From Entomortierella parvispora E1425 (lineage: Eukaryota; Fungi; Mortierellomycota): a stretch of DNA of 64,000 nucleotides. Both the position numbers and the translations under genes were made by a program. The notes beneath the pieces were generated by a model. That model had not been told where the DNA came from. It ran no database searches and worked only from the letters and a program-made list of their open reading frames with translations. The stretch is from contig BQFW01000015.1 of the NCBI GenBank assembly GCA_020891255.1, positions 558,001 through 622,000 of the forward strand. The letters are read 5' to 3'. How positions within the stretch are numbered: the first letter of the stretch is position 1; each line of letters starts with the position of its first letter. Shown piece after piece: positions 10,608 to 21,664 of the stretch.

Positions 10608-13409
10608 ATGGGCGTTGCACAGTCATTGCTGTCTGGCTTGGATGCATCTTCAAACCAGCAGTCCCTCGAGGGTAAGAACCCGAGCTCATTACAACAACAG
10701 CAGCAGCGTCAGTCCGCAGACCTTGGTCTCTCCTGGGATAGTGGCAAGTTGCAGCGAGATATGTTTGCCAGGTTCTCTGAACTCGAGTTGCTGTCGTTGC
10801 GCCAAGTTTTCCAGCAGTTGAAGGACAAGCAGGACAAACAGGACAAGATCGCAGTACAGTCGACAACTGCGGACGGTGAAGACCCAGTGGGAACAGGGGA
10901 CGCGCAGGAAGCTTCACCGGTGTCAACACCGGCAACAATTCCACAGCAAACGCAGCCAACCAAGAAGAAGATGATGGAAAGCAAAAAAGTGACCTCGGTC
11001 AGCCAGGCCGTCCCAGGGATCACCGAGGCCGTGTTCGAGGTGAGAGCCGCGACCACACGTTCGCGAAAACAGGGTTCTTGCGGACATGCAAATCACACAT
11101 AGGAAACGAAACTAAAAAATGGGGCAACGTGTGCCGTGTGTCCTACCATCTTCTAGGAGTATCTGGGCTTCCCACCAGATTCAACGCGTGCTGGTAAACT
11201 CTTTTTTCGCTCCTTCTACAACCTCTCCACATACCCCGACAACCCAAATCAGCGTCCTAGCCGCGCTGGTCAACCTCAGTCCCTTACCTTTCGGGATCTG
11301 ATAAAGCCCTTGGCCATGTATTGTCAAAAAGTCAAGGAGGACGACCACATTGGTCTTATGAACGACAGGCCTTTAAAGGCCATTTTCGAGTCGTTTGCTG
11401 AGCTAGCGCCAACAGCCCTCAGCGATGGCACCAATTCTACTTCTGTATCAATGGCACATTCGCACACAGCAGAGAATCTACATCTAGACACGGACGGCTC
11501 GTTACCCTTGGAAGGAACACTCAAAAAGTCGAAGACAATGGAGGACTCGCTTAAAGACCTAATGTTGCACTCTAATTTTGAGTGGAATCCCGAAGATGAC
11601 GATTTCTTGGAGAGCGGCCCAAAAGTAAAGGCATTGGACCTAGTGGAGATTCTAAACGGACTTTTCTGGTTGATCGAAAGGCTGATCCTTGACAGTCCAG
11701 AATACCCACACGACGAGCACGACGAGTCGACAACCACCGACAGTAACAGGTCGCATCACAAACTTCGGGCAACGTCTATTGTCGAGCACATGATCCAATA
11801 CAGTCGGAATTCCTCGCATGTTCACGACCCTGTAGACTTGACCCTGGAATTGATTGACTTTGGCATCTTCTCAAAGTACGTCAGCCGTAATATGCCCAAG
11901 GTCTTTGAAGTCCTCTCCCAGTATTTCTATTCATTGTTCTTGATCGGTAACGTCATGCGCCGACCACACGAGTCGTCAACATCGAGCTCGGACCAAAAAT
12001 TGGTTCTTCCTGGTCTCTCCAGTATCCCTCAGTTAACCTCGATATCCACTATTTTAACGCCCGAGAACCTGGCGTTAATTTCTTGGTTTCTTCCTGATCA
12101 AAAATCAAAGCCGCCGACGCTGACAAATTTATACTCTGGAAGCAAGCATGGCTTTAGTATGAACCAGTTTGAGGTGCACGTCTGCAAATACCCAGCCCCG
12201 ACGCTACTTTTGCTCTCTGTTGTTCGTCAAAAGACGCCTGCCACTCCAACCATGAGCGGAGGAGTCAATAGGCGTCAGTCCATTTCATTTGGGACCACTT
12301 CGAATCGACATCGGCACTCGATCAGCAGCAACTCTCCTCCTTATTCTATTCCTTGGGGGATTGACACACGCAGGACGTCTTTTGAAAAACTAACAGGTCG
12401 CAGTCCAACCACGCCTGTCTCTACAGGAACAGTTTTGAACACAATCTTGGACGATGTAGCGACAACCGACAGTCTTGATTCAAAAGGGGAGAGAAAAGTC
12501 GATAATGATCCTTTAGCCAGCTCACCAAAAGTCTCTGCACCCAGAATATCATCAGACTCCAACAACGGCCATACACCCACTACACCAACAAAGAGAGTAA
12601 GCAGAGAACGCATGATCTTAGGAGCGTACGTGACTGAGACTTGGAAGGTATCAAAAGCAGGATGGGGAAACGAGTCATTCTCGTTATTTGAGTTGAGCCC
12701 TTGTTTTGAACTCTTTCCAGCTCGAAAGCAAGGTGCCACCTCTACGACTTTGGGTGGAGGGAGGACGGGGTTTCCACCAAGCTCAGCAAGATCACTGCCC
12801 GGGAGCAGTGCTCAAAAGACCAACCATGCGCGGTCAAGTACTACGGGTGCCAGCAGAGACTATCCTTTCGCATCTCCCGCTGTTGCACGGTCATCCTCGC
12901 CAGTTACTGTTGCAGCGCCAGATCGACATTATATCCATTTTCTCAAGAATGCAGGCGTTGGATTTGGAGGACAGGAATCCGATTCTTGTATGCTCTACTT
13001 GGATGACAATCTTCAATTTGGAAACTATCGGCAGGATTTTGCTGGTGGGAATGTATATCAGCCTGCTGGTGGAGTGCGTCAACAAGGATTTCAAGTTGAG
13101 TTTGAAATTGTAGAGTGTGAGGTTTGGGGTTTAGGCGGCGCAGAGGCCAAGGCTAGGCAGCAAAAAGAGTGGGACTTTGAGCAACGCGAGGCCAATAGGC
13201 GAGCATCAGTGCACCTGGGAGGCAGGGATGGCGAGCAGGATATTGATCGTGATCTATTGGTAAGAAAGAGAGCAGCTTGTAGATGACCTTTTGTCCTGAC
13301 AATAGGCATCCTGACCTTTCTTTGATATTCTACAACTTTTTAGGAGATGGCAGGAGTCATCGATCCGGACCGTGGACACAGACATGCAAGGCGCCAGAGT
13401 GTATTATAA
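10608..13409 (+). CDS. RTC5: TLDc-domain protein Rtc5 (MEAK7/Oxr1 family), 3 exons
   Basis: N-myristoylation-type start MGVAQS. TLDc motifs LYSGSKHGFSMNQFEVHVCKYPAPTLLLL, LGAYVTETWK, GNESFSLFELSP and FEIVECEVWGLGG; C-terminus QKEWDFEQREANRR...DRDLLEMAGVI. Introns at about 11040-11155 and 13260-13342. Confidence 0.88.
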
Positions 13410-13554
13410 CTTTTCAAGTCCAATAAAGTCGTAAAAATCCCTATTTAAGGGGTATGCACCCCTGGACAAGTTGCGCGACCTTGCATGTACCATTCATTCC
13501 GATTACATTCATCCAGCACAATTTACACAGGATTCAGCAAGAAAAAGGTCAAGC

Positions 13555-15201
13555 ATGCAGAGGGCTCTCGAGATCCCAGAACTTTTGGCCCTCATTGCGC
13601 GCCACCTTGAGAAACCAGATTTGGCTGCCGCTTGTCGCGTGAACAAGTCGTGGTTTGTTCCTTTTGCAGAGCAATTGTGGCGAAGCCTCCAGTTTCAAGA
13701 CATCAGTGAAAGTGGAGGGAAGCTTCTTCAATCCCTTCCTCGATACGCCATATATGTATACACAATTTGTTTCCCTAGTTATTGTGACCTAAGTCAATTG
13801 ATCTTGACACCAGACCTCTCGCACTTGACTTCTCTCACCTTTTTTGAAGTGCCCTACGAGAGTCAGGCTGTGATTCAGGATATTCTGCGACAGAACCCAC
13901 TGTTGGATTATTTGACAATCGAATTGGGGATAGATATCCCTGAAGAGAAAGAAGCCAAAGCTAGAGACATGGTTAAGACCATGCTGAGGTTAAAGAGACT
14001 TGAAACGCTATCGTTCAGGAACAATTGGGTTACCAGCAAACTTTTAGAATCGTTGGTTTGGGGCCTTCCCAAGCTTTCGTACTTTTGTTTTCAGACTATA
14101 GAGTTTCGACCTCATATTGAAGAGAAACTTGAAGCAGAGGGAGTTCCTGACGAAGACGACGAGGACTATCTGGAGGCTGATGAACTGGTTGCATTTCAAC
14201 TGCAACGGCCCCTTTTATTGGAAATGGTCAAAATGAAGAGTCCTGGACGCTTGTTTGGCTCCATGGTCAAGATTCTTCAGTCAAGCCCGTTGCTCACCCG
14301 ATTGGAATGGAGTGAATCCGAGGAGCATAACGATTTATTTGATGCCGATCTAAGATTCCTGACACAGGCCGTTCACAAGAGCTGTCCGAAACTAGAAGAT
14401 GTGGATTTGGGCTGCGAGTGGATGCGGTCTGGCGACTTTTATCATCTGTTCTCCCTTTGGGATCCGTTGGTGGACAATATTCAGCTTTCATGGCTCCCGC
14501 TGACTTCCATTTTCATTATAATGTCATGCTTGGAAGACGTTGATATCCTGGAGGTTGTATGGGAAGGTCGCGACATATTGCAACATACTTTGAAGAGCCT
14601 CATTTTGTTCTCACGCGTGGCGTGGGGCAGACGACGGAGTGGGCCGATAACCATTTCTATTTTAGAGACGTTCCAGAATTTACAATGCCTTGACCTCCCT
14701 GGAACGACTGTCGATGCAAAGTTGTTTTACTACCGGGTATCAATACCTCGACTTTTGGACTCTCGTTCAGTGGATCAGACACAAGAATATGTTGTTAGTG
14801 ATAATGTTGGCAATGGCGGCTATAGTGCTGATGACAATGACTGCAACGGTAGTCACTACGATGATGACGATGATGACGATGACGGCGATGGCGATGGTCC
14901 TCATGGCTCACTGCAGATCAGAACCTGGGCATGTGATGCCATGTATCGACTTGGGCTTGAGATCCAAGGTGTAGGCCCGTCTTGGTGTCCACCAGAGTTG
15001 TTGGACAAGCAAAACAGCAAGGGCTGTCTCGCGAGTGAGAGTAGATACCCTTTATTCGACCCTCTCAAAGCGTACTTGGACAGTTTTTCAAAGTTGGATC
15101 AGAGCAAGATTCGATACAGCTGGCGGAGTCCGTTTGCACCTTCAGTCAGTCCTCCGACAGACTTGGACCCGGACAGCTGGATAGAGGATTTAAGTCTTTA
15201 A
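13555..15201 (+). CDS. Intronless F-box / LRR-like protein
   Basis: ATG at 13555. F-box ALEIPELLALIARHLEKPDLAAACRVNKSWFVPFAEQLWR followed by LxxLxL repeats; Asp-rich GAT/GAC tract near 14860-14895. Confidence 0.88.
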   Translation: MQRALEIPELLALIARHLEKPDLAAACRVNKSWFVPFAEQLWRSLQFQDISESGGKLLQSLPRYAIYVYTICFPSYCDLSQLILTPDLSHLTSLTFFEVPYESQAVIQDILRQNPLLDYLTIELGIDIPEEKEAKARDMVKTMLRLKRLETLSFRNNWVTSKLLESLVWGLPKLSYFCFQTIEFRPHIEEKLEAEGVPDEDDEDYLEADELVAFQLQRPLLLEMVKMKSPGRLFGSMVKILQSSPLLTRLEWSESEEHNDLFDADLRFLTQAVHKSCPKLEDVDLGCEWMRSGDFYHLFSLWDPLVDNIQLSWLPLTSIFIIMSCLEDVDILEVVWEGRDILQHTLKSLILFSRVAWGRRRSGPITISILETFQNLQCLDLPGTTVDAKLFYYRVSIPRLLDSRSVDQTQEYVVSDNVGNGGYSADDNDCNGSHYDDDDDDDDGDGDGPHGSLQIRTWACDAMYRLGLEIQGVGPSWCPPELLDKQNSKGCLASESRYPLFDPLKAYLDSFSKLDQSKIRYSWRSPFAPSVSPPTDLDPDSWIEDLSL

Positions 15202-15369
15202 GGAGGCTCGTAACCTATCTGTTTTTTCTTTTCTTTTTCTTTTTGTTCTTTTTTTTTTGTCATTTGATTCGTTTACGAAGTACAGGAGGATGATTACCTT
15301 CAACAATTATTTTGCACCAATATGGTACATTTGGGTATAGGTTTTATATGCAATTTCATTTCTATGTGT

Positions 15370-16152
15370 CTATGAGAATTCGAGGGGGATGTCCGAATGG
15401 TCCCTTTCGTGAAAAATTATTGAGCGCGCTCCATGATACGCTTGTAATAGCACATTCAACCTTGGCAGCAGGTTCTATATTTTGAAGTATCCCGGAAAAA
15501 GAAATGAAGCGAAAATAAATAAATCTAGCACAGTTGAGCACTAATGACTTGAAAAAGCATGGTTTCTTACCTGAAATACAACCACCATTTTATCCTCGCC
15601 TTCAACGATAATAGCCATGTACACACGGATATGCATCATTGTAATGGCCTCGTTGATAATAATGTCAGCGATCTTGGATCTATCAATGAAGCGTGAGGAG
15701 CTCCGACCTCCCAGATAAACCGTCTTGACCTGAACACCTACATCCCTTATCACAAGAATAGTTTCTTAAAGTATATGAAGGAACAAGTTAGAAGCTGGAT
15801 CATTAACATTCGACGAGAAGGAAGTGTCCAGTCCTGTTACCTTCCATGACCATGAAAAGTTTGAATACGATCCTCGATAGGATCAAAAGGATAATGATCG
15901 AGTAGCTCGTAAATGTAGGTCCCTAACATTCGCGATTTTCCCCGATGCAGAGCATGCTGTCAGAATATTTTTTTCATAGGATATCCGTTATGGCCCTTGA
16001 CGACCAGATATCAAAAGTCACCCTACCAGTGTATAAACCAGACAGAGGCATAGGGCGACGAGCAAGAAGTCGTTCGAGTTGATCCTCTGGGCATCACTGG
16101 TCATGATGTACTCGCGCGTGTTGTCTGCATGGGCATAGCATTGGAACGTCAT
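15370..16152 (-). CDS. PIGH: GPI-GlcNAc transferase subunit PIG-H / Gpi15, 4 exons
   Basis: The spliced product has ETILVIRDVGVQVKTVYLGGRSSSRFIDRSKIADIIINEAITMMHIRVYMAIIVEGEDKMVVVFQ|NLLPRLNVL, the PIG-H signature. ATG at 16152, stop at 15370. Confidence 0.88.
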
Positions 16153-16534
16153 GACATCGTTGCTTAATGGCGTGTCTGTCAGTGTCTTTTACGGGACTCC
16201 GGATTCCTTGCCTGATGGTCCTTTGTTCCTGAAAGTGAAACTGAAAGAGCAAATGCATGAATGCATGCATGCATTTGGAGACGAGGGCAATGTGCAGCAA
16301 TTGCACTAATTCAAAATACGGTGAATTTTATCATTTTTTCGAAAGGTTTGCTTCGCATGTTTCAACAGTTCTTCCCATTACCCTGCCTTCAACAACCTCC
16401 CACAACCAATTGTCTTTTGCAAATACCTCCCTCGCTATACTCTAACACCGCAGTTCCACTGCCCATTAACCACGACTCAATTGAATACCGATATATATTA
16501 TAGCTGTTTCTCTTTCTAGCTTTTAGGAACATTA

Positions 16535-17866
16535 ATGGATATGCTGGACCACACATCGGACACTCTGCTGGATTTCGACGACATTCTTTCTCCCTCTCTT
16601 GCACCAATGACAAAACTCTCCGTTGAGGCCTCGCTTTATATATTGGATGAAGAAAAGGAGCACGACAACTCTCCTGTGAGCCCTGAAGAATATGCAGCCT
16701 TATTGGAGCCAGATTCTGAAATTGTAGCCTTGCCTGTGATCGAGGTTGTTTTCGGAGACTCCTTGTACGAGCTCTTTTTCGCTTCCTCCGATGCATACAA
16801 GTCGCAGCGTCAGAACATGGCACCGCAGCCGTTTGTATACGGACCTGTGCTGTTTGACAGCGAAGACAGGCTTTTGGAGGAGCCTCTCACGGTCCTCCTT
16901 TCTCACCTCCGTTCAGATCTGGTTGAGGAGCACTATGGCGTTGACGCTGAGCACTATGAGATGCACCTGACGTTCAAAGGACTGAATGACCTTTGGTTAC
17001 CTGAACATGATGGCGCAGCCTCGAGAATTTCTCTTTCGAACCTTGTCAAGCTGTACTCTGATGTCGCAGAGGAGTCTGGTTTAGGATTGGTGCAGCTTGA
17101 ACCATTTCAAATAGTGATGACTATCCAAGAGACCTTCACCTCCCGTCTTGATGCTCTTCAAATTCAGATCGACGAGGCTAGGGCTCAGAAAGACCTCTCC
17201 GCAGTCCAAGACTATGCGGATACTGACACAGCTGTCGCACGTCCTCAAGGTTAGTTTTGATGTCTTTTCTTATTTTTTGTATATTTTTTGTAGCTTGGTC
17301 ATAGAACTAAGCGCAGTTTATTTCTTCAACTTCATAGAATCTGATGTTATCCATGAGGAGGACGCTGTTCTCCACGCACCAGTTGAGCAGGTTGAACCAG
17401 CTCAATTAGCATCGGATAGCATCGAACAGGTCTTACTCGAGGAGGATGCAGAATCGGGCTCGTTCACAAAAAGTCTGAGCAAAAGGGATAATGAGGCAAT
17501 AGAAGTCAACGATTCGGATTCTGCTTTGGAAATCGGCGCAGCTCTTGAAGGCGTGGTTGACATTGGTTCTGACGATTATTTGCTTGACAGCGCGGAGATT
17601 GAGCAACATGGGGATAGCCTTGCAAGCATTTCGGATACCACTCTCAATTTTACTCTCAAGTCTACCTCACCTGCCGACCGATCTCCAAAGAGATCTCTGG
17701 ATGAGCTCTTGGAACTCAGTGATGCAGAGTTTGACGAAATGCGCCCTGACCGTAAGTAACCTAACCTTGAACATCTTTGACTCTAGTTGAGGAATTAGGA
17801 CGGCAATTTTTAACACTCGATTATTTATTAGGGGAGGATCTAAAGAAGGCAAGAGTTGAAGACTGA
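16535..17866 (+). CDS. Acidic conserved fungal hypothetical protein (DUF2420-like central region), 3 exons
   Basis: Segment LFDSEDRLLEEPLTVLLSHLR...EMHLTFKGLNDLWLPE...SLSNLVKLY...QETFTSRLDAL. Introns at about 17251-17338 and 17753-17831. Ends with an NLS-like REDLKKARVED*. The domain name is from recall only. Confidence 0.6.
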
Positions 17867-18156
17867 AACACAGACAGAGGTTTGAATTGGGGTGTGCCCT
17901 GGAGCTCGTTAGCTGGCTTTCGTGGTTGTTGGGCCCCCATCGTGAATGTAGTTCTCTTTGATTTGTTATGTAGGGTTCTTTGTGCGGGGGTTTTCTGTCC
18001 TATCTATATTTCTCCATGTACATACAAAAGGCGCGTCTTTTTTCTTGTTTATTCATACTCCTTCCTTCATTGTTGTATCATTTTCCCTGTGCTTGCGCAA
18101 TCAACATGTCTTTTTTTATTCAGTTCTCTCAAGAGGAATAAAGCCATTTGTTTATT

Positions 18157-19037
18157 TTACTGAACGGGATGAGCAGGCTGTGCGGGGGCGGTAGCCTGGT
18201 AGTTTTGCTGGGGAACAGCAGCATAGACGCGTCCCTGGTGGCGATGAGCCGAGTTGGGATCATCTCTGTTCTTGTAGATGACATACCAAGCGTAAACGAT
18301 GCCGGGAACATGTCCAAGCAAGGTCAAACCAATGCTGCAAAAAGAGAAAAAGAAAAAAAAAACGTCGGCCGTTAAAAAATGTGGGCTTTCTGACGACAAT
18401 CGGGCGAGAATGTGCCACACTGCTGTAACGAGAGCATGTCCGTGGCTCGAAGATTTTTCTGTGTCCTTTGGTTGGGATTATGAAAGGTGGTTTTTCCTTT
18501 CCCTCTCGGGAAAAATAGCGCAACCAGTTTTTTTTGCATCTTTTATCGTTGGAGATGATCCTGTTTCCTGTTTTTGCTTGACAAGAACAGAACCATGAAG
18601 TCATGACATTGGTTGCATACCTGATAAGAAAGTCAGCACCGCATCCTTGCTTGAGTCCAACTGGTAGTAGTCATGAAAGAAAGGAGAAGGAGAGGGAAGG
18701 ATAAGAGGTATATAAGTCGGCATGTTCCCGTGGTTGAAAATATCTCAAAACAAGATTGAACCATAGCAAAACCACGCGTCTTCGTGTCAGTTGAGGTCTG
18801 TTCGTTTACCAGCCTAACAACAAGGTCAAGAAAGTAGATTGTCAGTTGCCATTACCTCCATTCATGTTTGAGTGGGGAGGGACAGAGAAACAAACAAACA
18901 AAAAAAAAGGGTCTTGGCGTTTTTTTTTCCTTGTCTCCTTTGGAATGAAACACGCGGGAAGAGGATGCACTTACAAGAGGAGGCAAGAAGAAGCCGATGA
19001 TAAAAAGAAAGATGTCAGCACCGCTGAAGTTGGCCAT
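18157..19037 (-). CDS. PMP3: Pmp3/UPF0057 proteolipid membrane potential modulator, 3 exons
   Basis: Spliced: MANFSGADIFLFIIGFFLPPL|VGLKQGCGADFLI|SIGLTLLGHVPGIVYAWYVIY plus a Q/P-rich tail. Donors GTAAGT and GTATGC. Confidence 0.9.
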
Positions 19038-19218
19038 TGTGAAAAAGAGTCGAGTGGGTTTGGTGTGGGTGGGAAGAAAAGAAGAAAAGAAAAGAGTGCG
19101 CGAGACTGCAGTCCACGTCTGCCAGCCAGCCAGCCACAGGGTCACATGACGCGGTCTTGATCCAGCAGAGACAGAGAGAGGCGCGCACGGACAAAGGAAG
19201 GCCAGAGCAGAGGCAGAC

Positions 19219-19225
19219 TGACTCA
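19219..19225 (+). promoter_or_regulatory. Candidate Gcn4/CpcA (AP-1-type) element TGACTCA upstream of aspartokinase
   Basis: Exact TGACTCA about 280 bp upstream of the HOM3 ATG. HOM3 is a classical general-amino-acid-control target in yeast. Confidence 0.5.
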
Positions 19226-19500
19226 CTGTCCTTCCCCGCATCGCATCACCAGCAGACAAAGCTTTTTTCGCTCTTGTTGCCTCTGCCCCAATGAGGCGCA
19301 TCAAAATCGACAGTTGTTCCCCTCTCCGTTCCTTTTGCTCTCTCTTCTCTTTCTTTTTTCCTTCTTTCTTTCTTGCGGCGTCCCCTTTAGCCGTAACCCA
19401 CCCTTTGTGCCAAAAGCCGTCATCTGGCGCCATCCCTATCCACTGACACCCTCCCTCTGCCCTCTGCCCTCTGCCCTCTGCTTCGCAGATCGAAAAATCC

Positions 19501-21580
19501 ATGATCGCTCGCGCCGCGCACGAGGCCGCTGCCTCAAAGAGACCCTTGCCTGCCCACATCGAAATTGAAATCTCACATGCAACCAACCGACATTCATCTC
19601 ACTCCGGGTCAAAGAAACCATGGCTCGTGCAAAAGTTTGGAGGCACCAGCATTGGAAAATTCGTTGAAACCATTACGGGAACCATTGTACAGTGAGTTCG
19701 ATGCTGCTTCCCCATGTATTTTCTTGCGCGTAAACTACTTTTTTTATTGGTGGCAAAACAATTCTTATTCAACTCCACCTGTTGCTAGATCGTATCTGCC
19801 CACGAATAGGGTCGTGGTTGTCTGTTCTGCTAGGAGCTGCGAGTCAAAGTCCCTTGGTACCACTAATCGGTAAGCGCTTCACAGGATGTGCTATATGCAA
19901 TTGTTTGCGTGGGAGAGACTTCGACAAAATGAGAAAAGCGAGATCAGAGAGATCAAAGAGATCAATTGGACGCGCATGGTGAAATCGATTTCGTGGTCCG
20001 ATATCTAAATTGACCCAATTGACACCTTACCATCTAAACAACTTGTAGACTTCTCAGGGCCGCTGCGTCTGCTCTGCAACCAGGGTCCATCGAGTTCATC
20101 GAAACAGTGCAAGCCATTCGACAGGACCATCTGGATACTGCCAAGCAACATATTTCGGACAGTGATATTCTGAAAAGAGTTCAAGACGAACTCAACCAGG
20201 ACTGTGATCGTCTCATGGCATTCCTGAAGGCCGTTCAGGTAACAACGAGATGAGAAAAAAAAAAAAAAAAAACACTCGTGAACCGTAGGAAAAAGAAACC
20301 GTCACTCATCCTTTATCCATCTTACTTTGTTAGACAATCGAGGAAATATCTCCTAGATCCAAGGATATCATCATGGCGGTGGGCGAAAAGCTTTCATGTA
20401 GGATTGTTGCTGGCTTGCTAGAAGACCGAGGCGTGCAGACTCAGTTCATCAGTTTGGAGAATGTGATCGAGGCTGTCTTTGACCTTCAGTGCCTAGATCA
20501 AAACTTTTACGACTACCTTTCGCGTGCATTTGCCGCTGTGATATCAAAATGCGGCGACCGGGTCCCAGTTGTCACAGGTACGTGATAATACAGGCGCGAA
20601 TGGTAGTGCCATCTTTGACAGTCAAATCTTGCTACTAACTCAGGACCATTTTTTCCTTTATCCGCCCAGGCTTTTTTGGGCCAGTTCCTGGAAGTTTATT
20701 AACAAGTATTGGACGCGGTTACACCGATCTAGCTGCGGCGCTGATCGCCGTAGGCTTAGACGCAGAGGAGCTGCAAGTGTGGAAGGAGGTCGACGGCATC
20801 TTCACAGCAGACCCTCGAAAGGTCAAGGACGCACGATTACTCAACATTATCACTCCGGAGGAGGCATCCGAATTGACATATTATGGATCTGAAGTTATTC
20901 ATCCATTTACAATGGAGCAAGTTATCAGAGCCCAGATCCCCATTCGAATCAAGAATGTGATGAACCCTTCTGGAGCAGGCACCATCATTTTCCCCGATCA
21001 GCCCTCAGGAGTATGCACGCCCAATGGAAGAAACACGCCTCCACCTTCCTCCAAAGTCCTGCTTGAAAATGGATACCAGTTGGATCTGTCTAGGCGTCAC
21101 CCTACTGCGGTCACAATCAAAGACAACGTCTGGGTGCTGAACGTACACTCTAATCGCAAGTCGGTGTCTCATGGGTTCTTTGCCCAAATCTTTGGAACGT
21201 TAGATCGCTATGGGATTGCGGTCGACTTGATTTCAACCTCAGAGGTTCATGTCTCCATGGCGCTGGGTGCTAGTGTGAACGACAAGGATATGGAGAAGGC
21301 CATGTCGTCGCTGCGGTCAATTGGAACTGTGGATGTGATGAAGGGCATGGCTATCTTGTCGCTGGTCGGCAAGCAAATGAAAAACATGGTGGGAATCTCT
21401 GGTCGCATGTTCAGCACCATGGCCAAGGCAGGAGTCAACATTGAGATGATCTCTCAAGGCGCGTCCGAGATTAATATCTCGTGTGTTATTTTGGAGGACC
21501 AGGCACTCGAGGCTATGAATGTTATTCATGCGGAGCTATTGTGCGACGTGGGACGCGAAGCAGAGACGAGCTACTTCTAG
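19501..21580 (+). CDS. HOM3: Aspartokinase, 5 exons
   Basis: PWLVQKFGGTSIGKF, VVVCSARS, MAVGEKLSCR, WKEVDGIFTADPRKV, EASELTYYGSEVIHPFTMEQ, and two ACT domains (VDLISTSEVHVS; NIEMISQGASEINISCV). Confidence 0.97.
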
Positions 21581-21664
21581 ATCTTACAGCTATATTCATA
21601 GAGAGCGCTTTTTTTTGAAATAACATATAAATAATAGAATGATTGTATACAAGGGATGCTCGGC

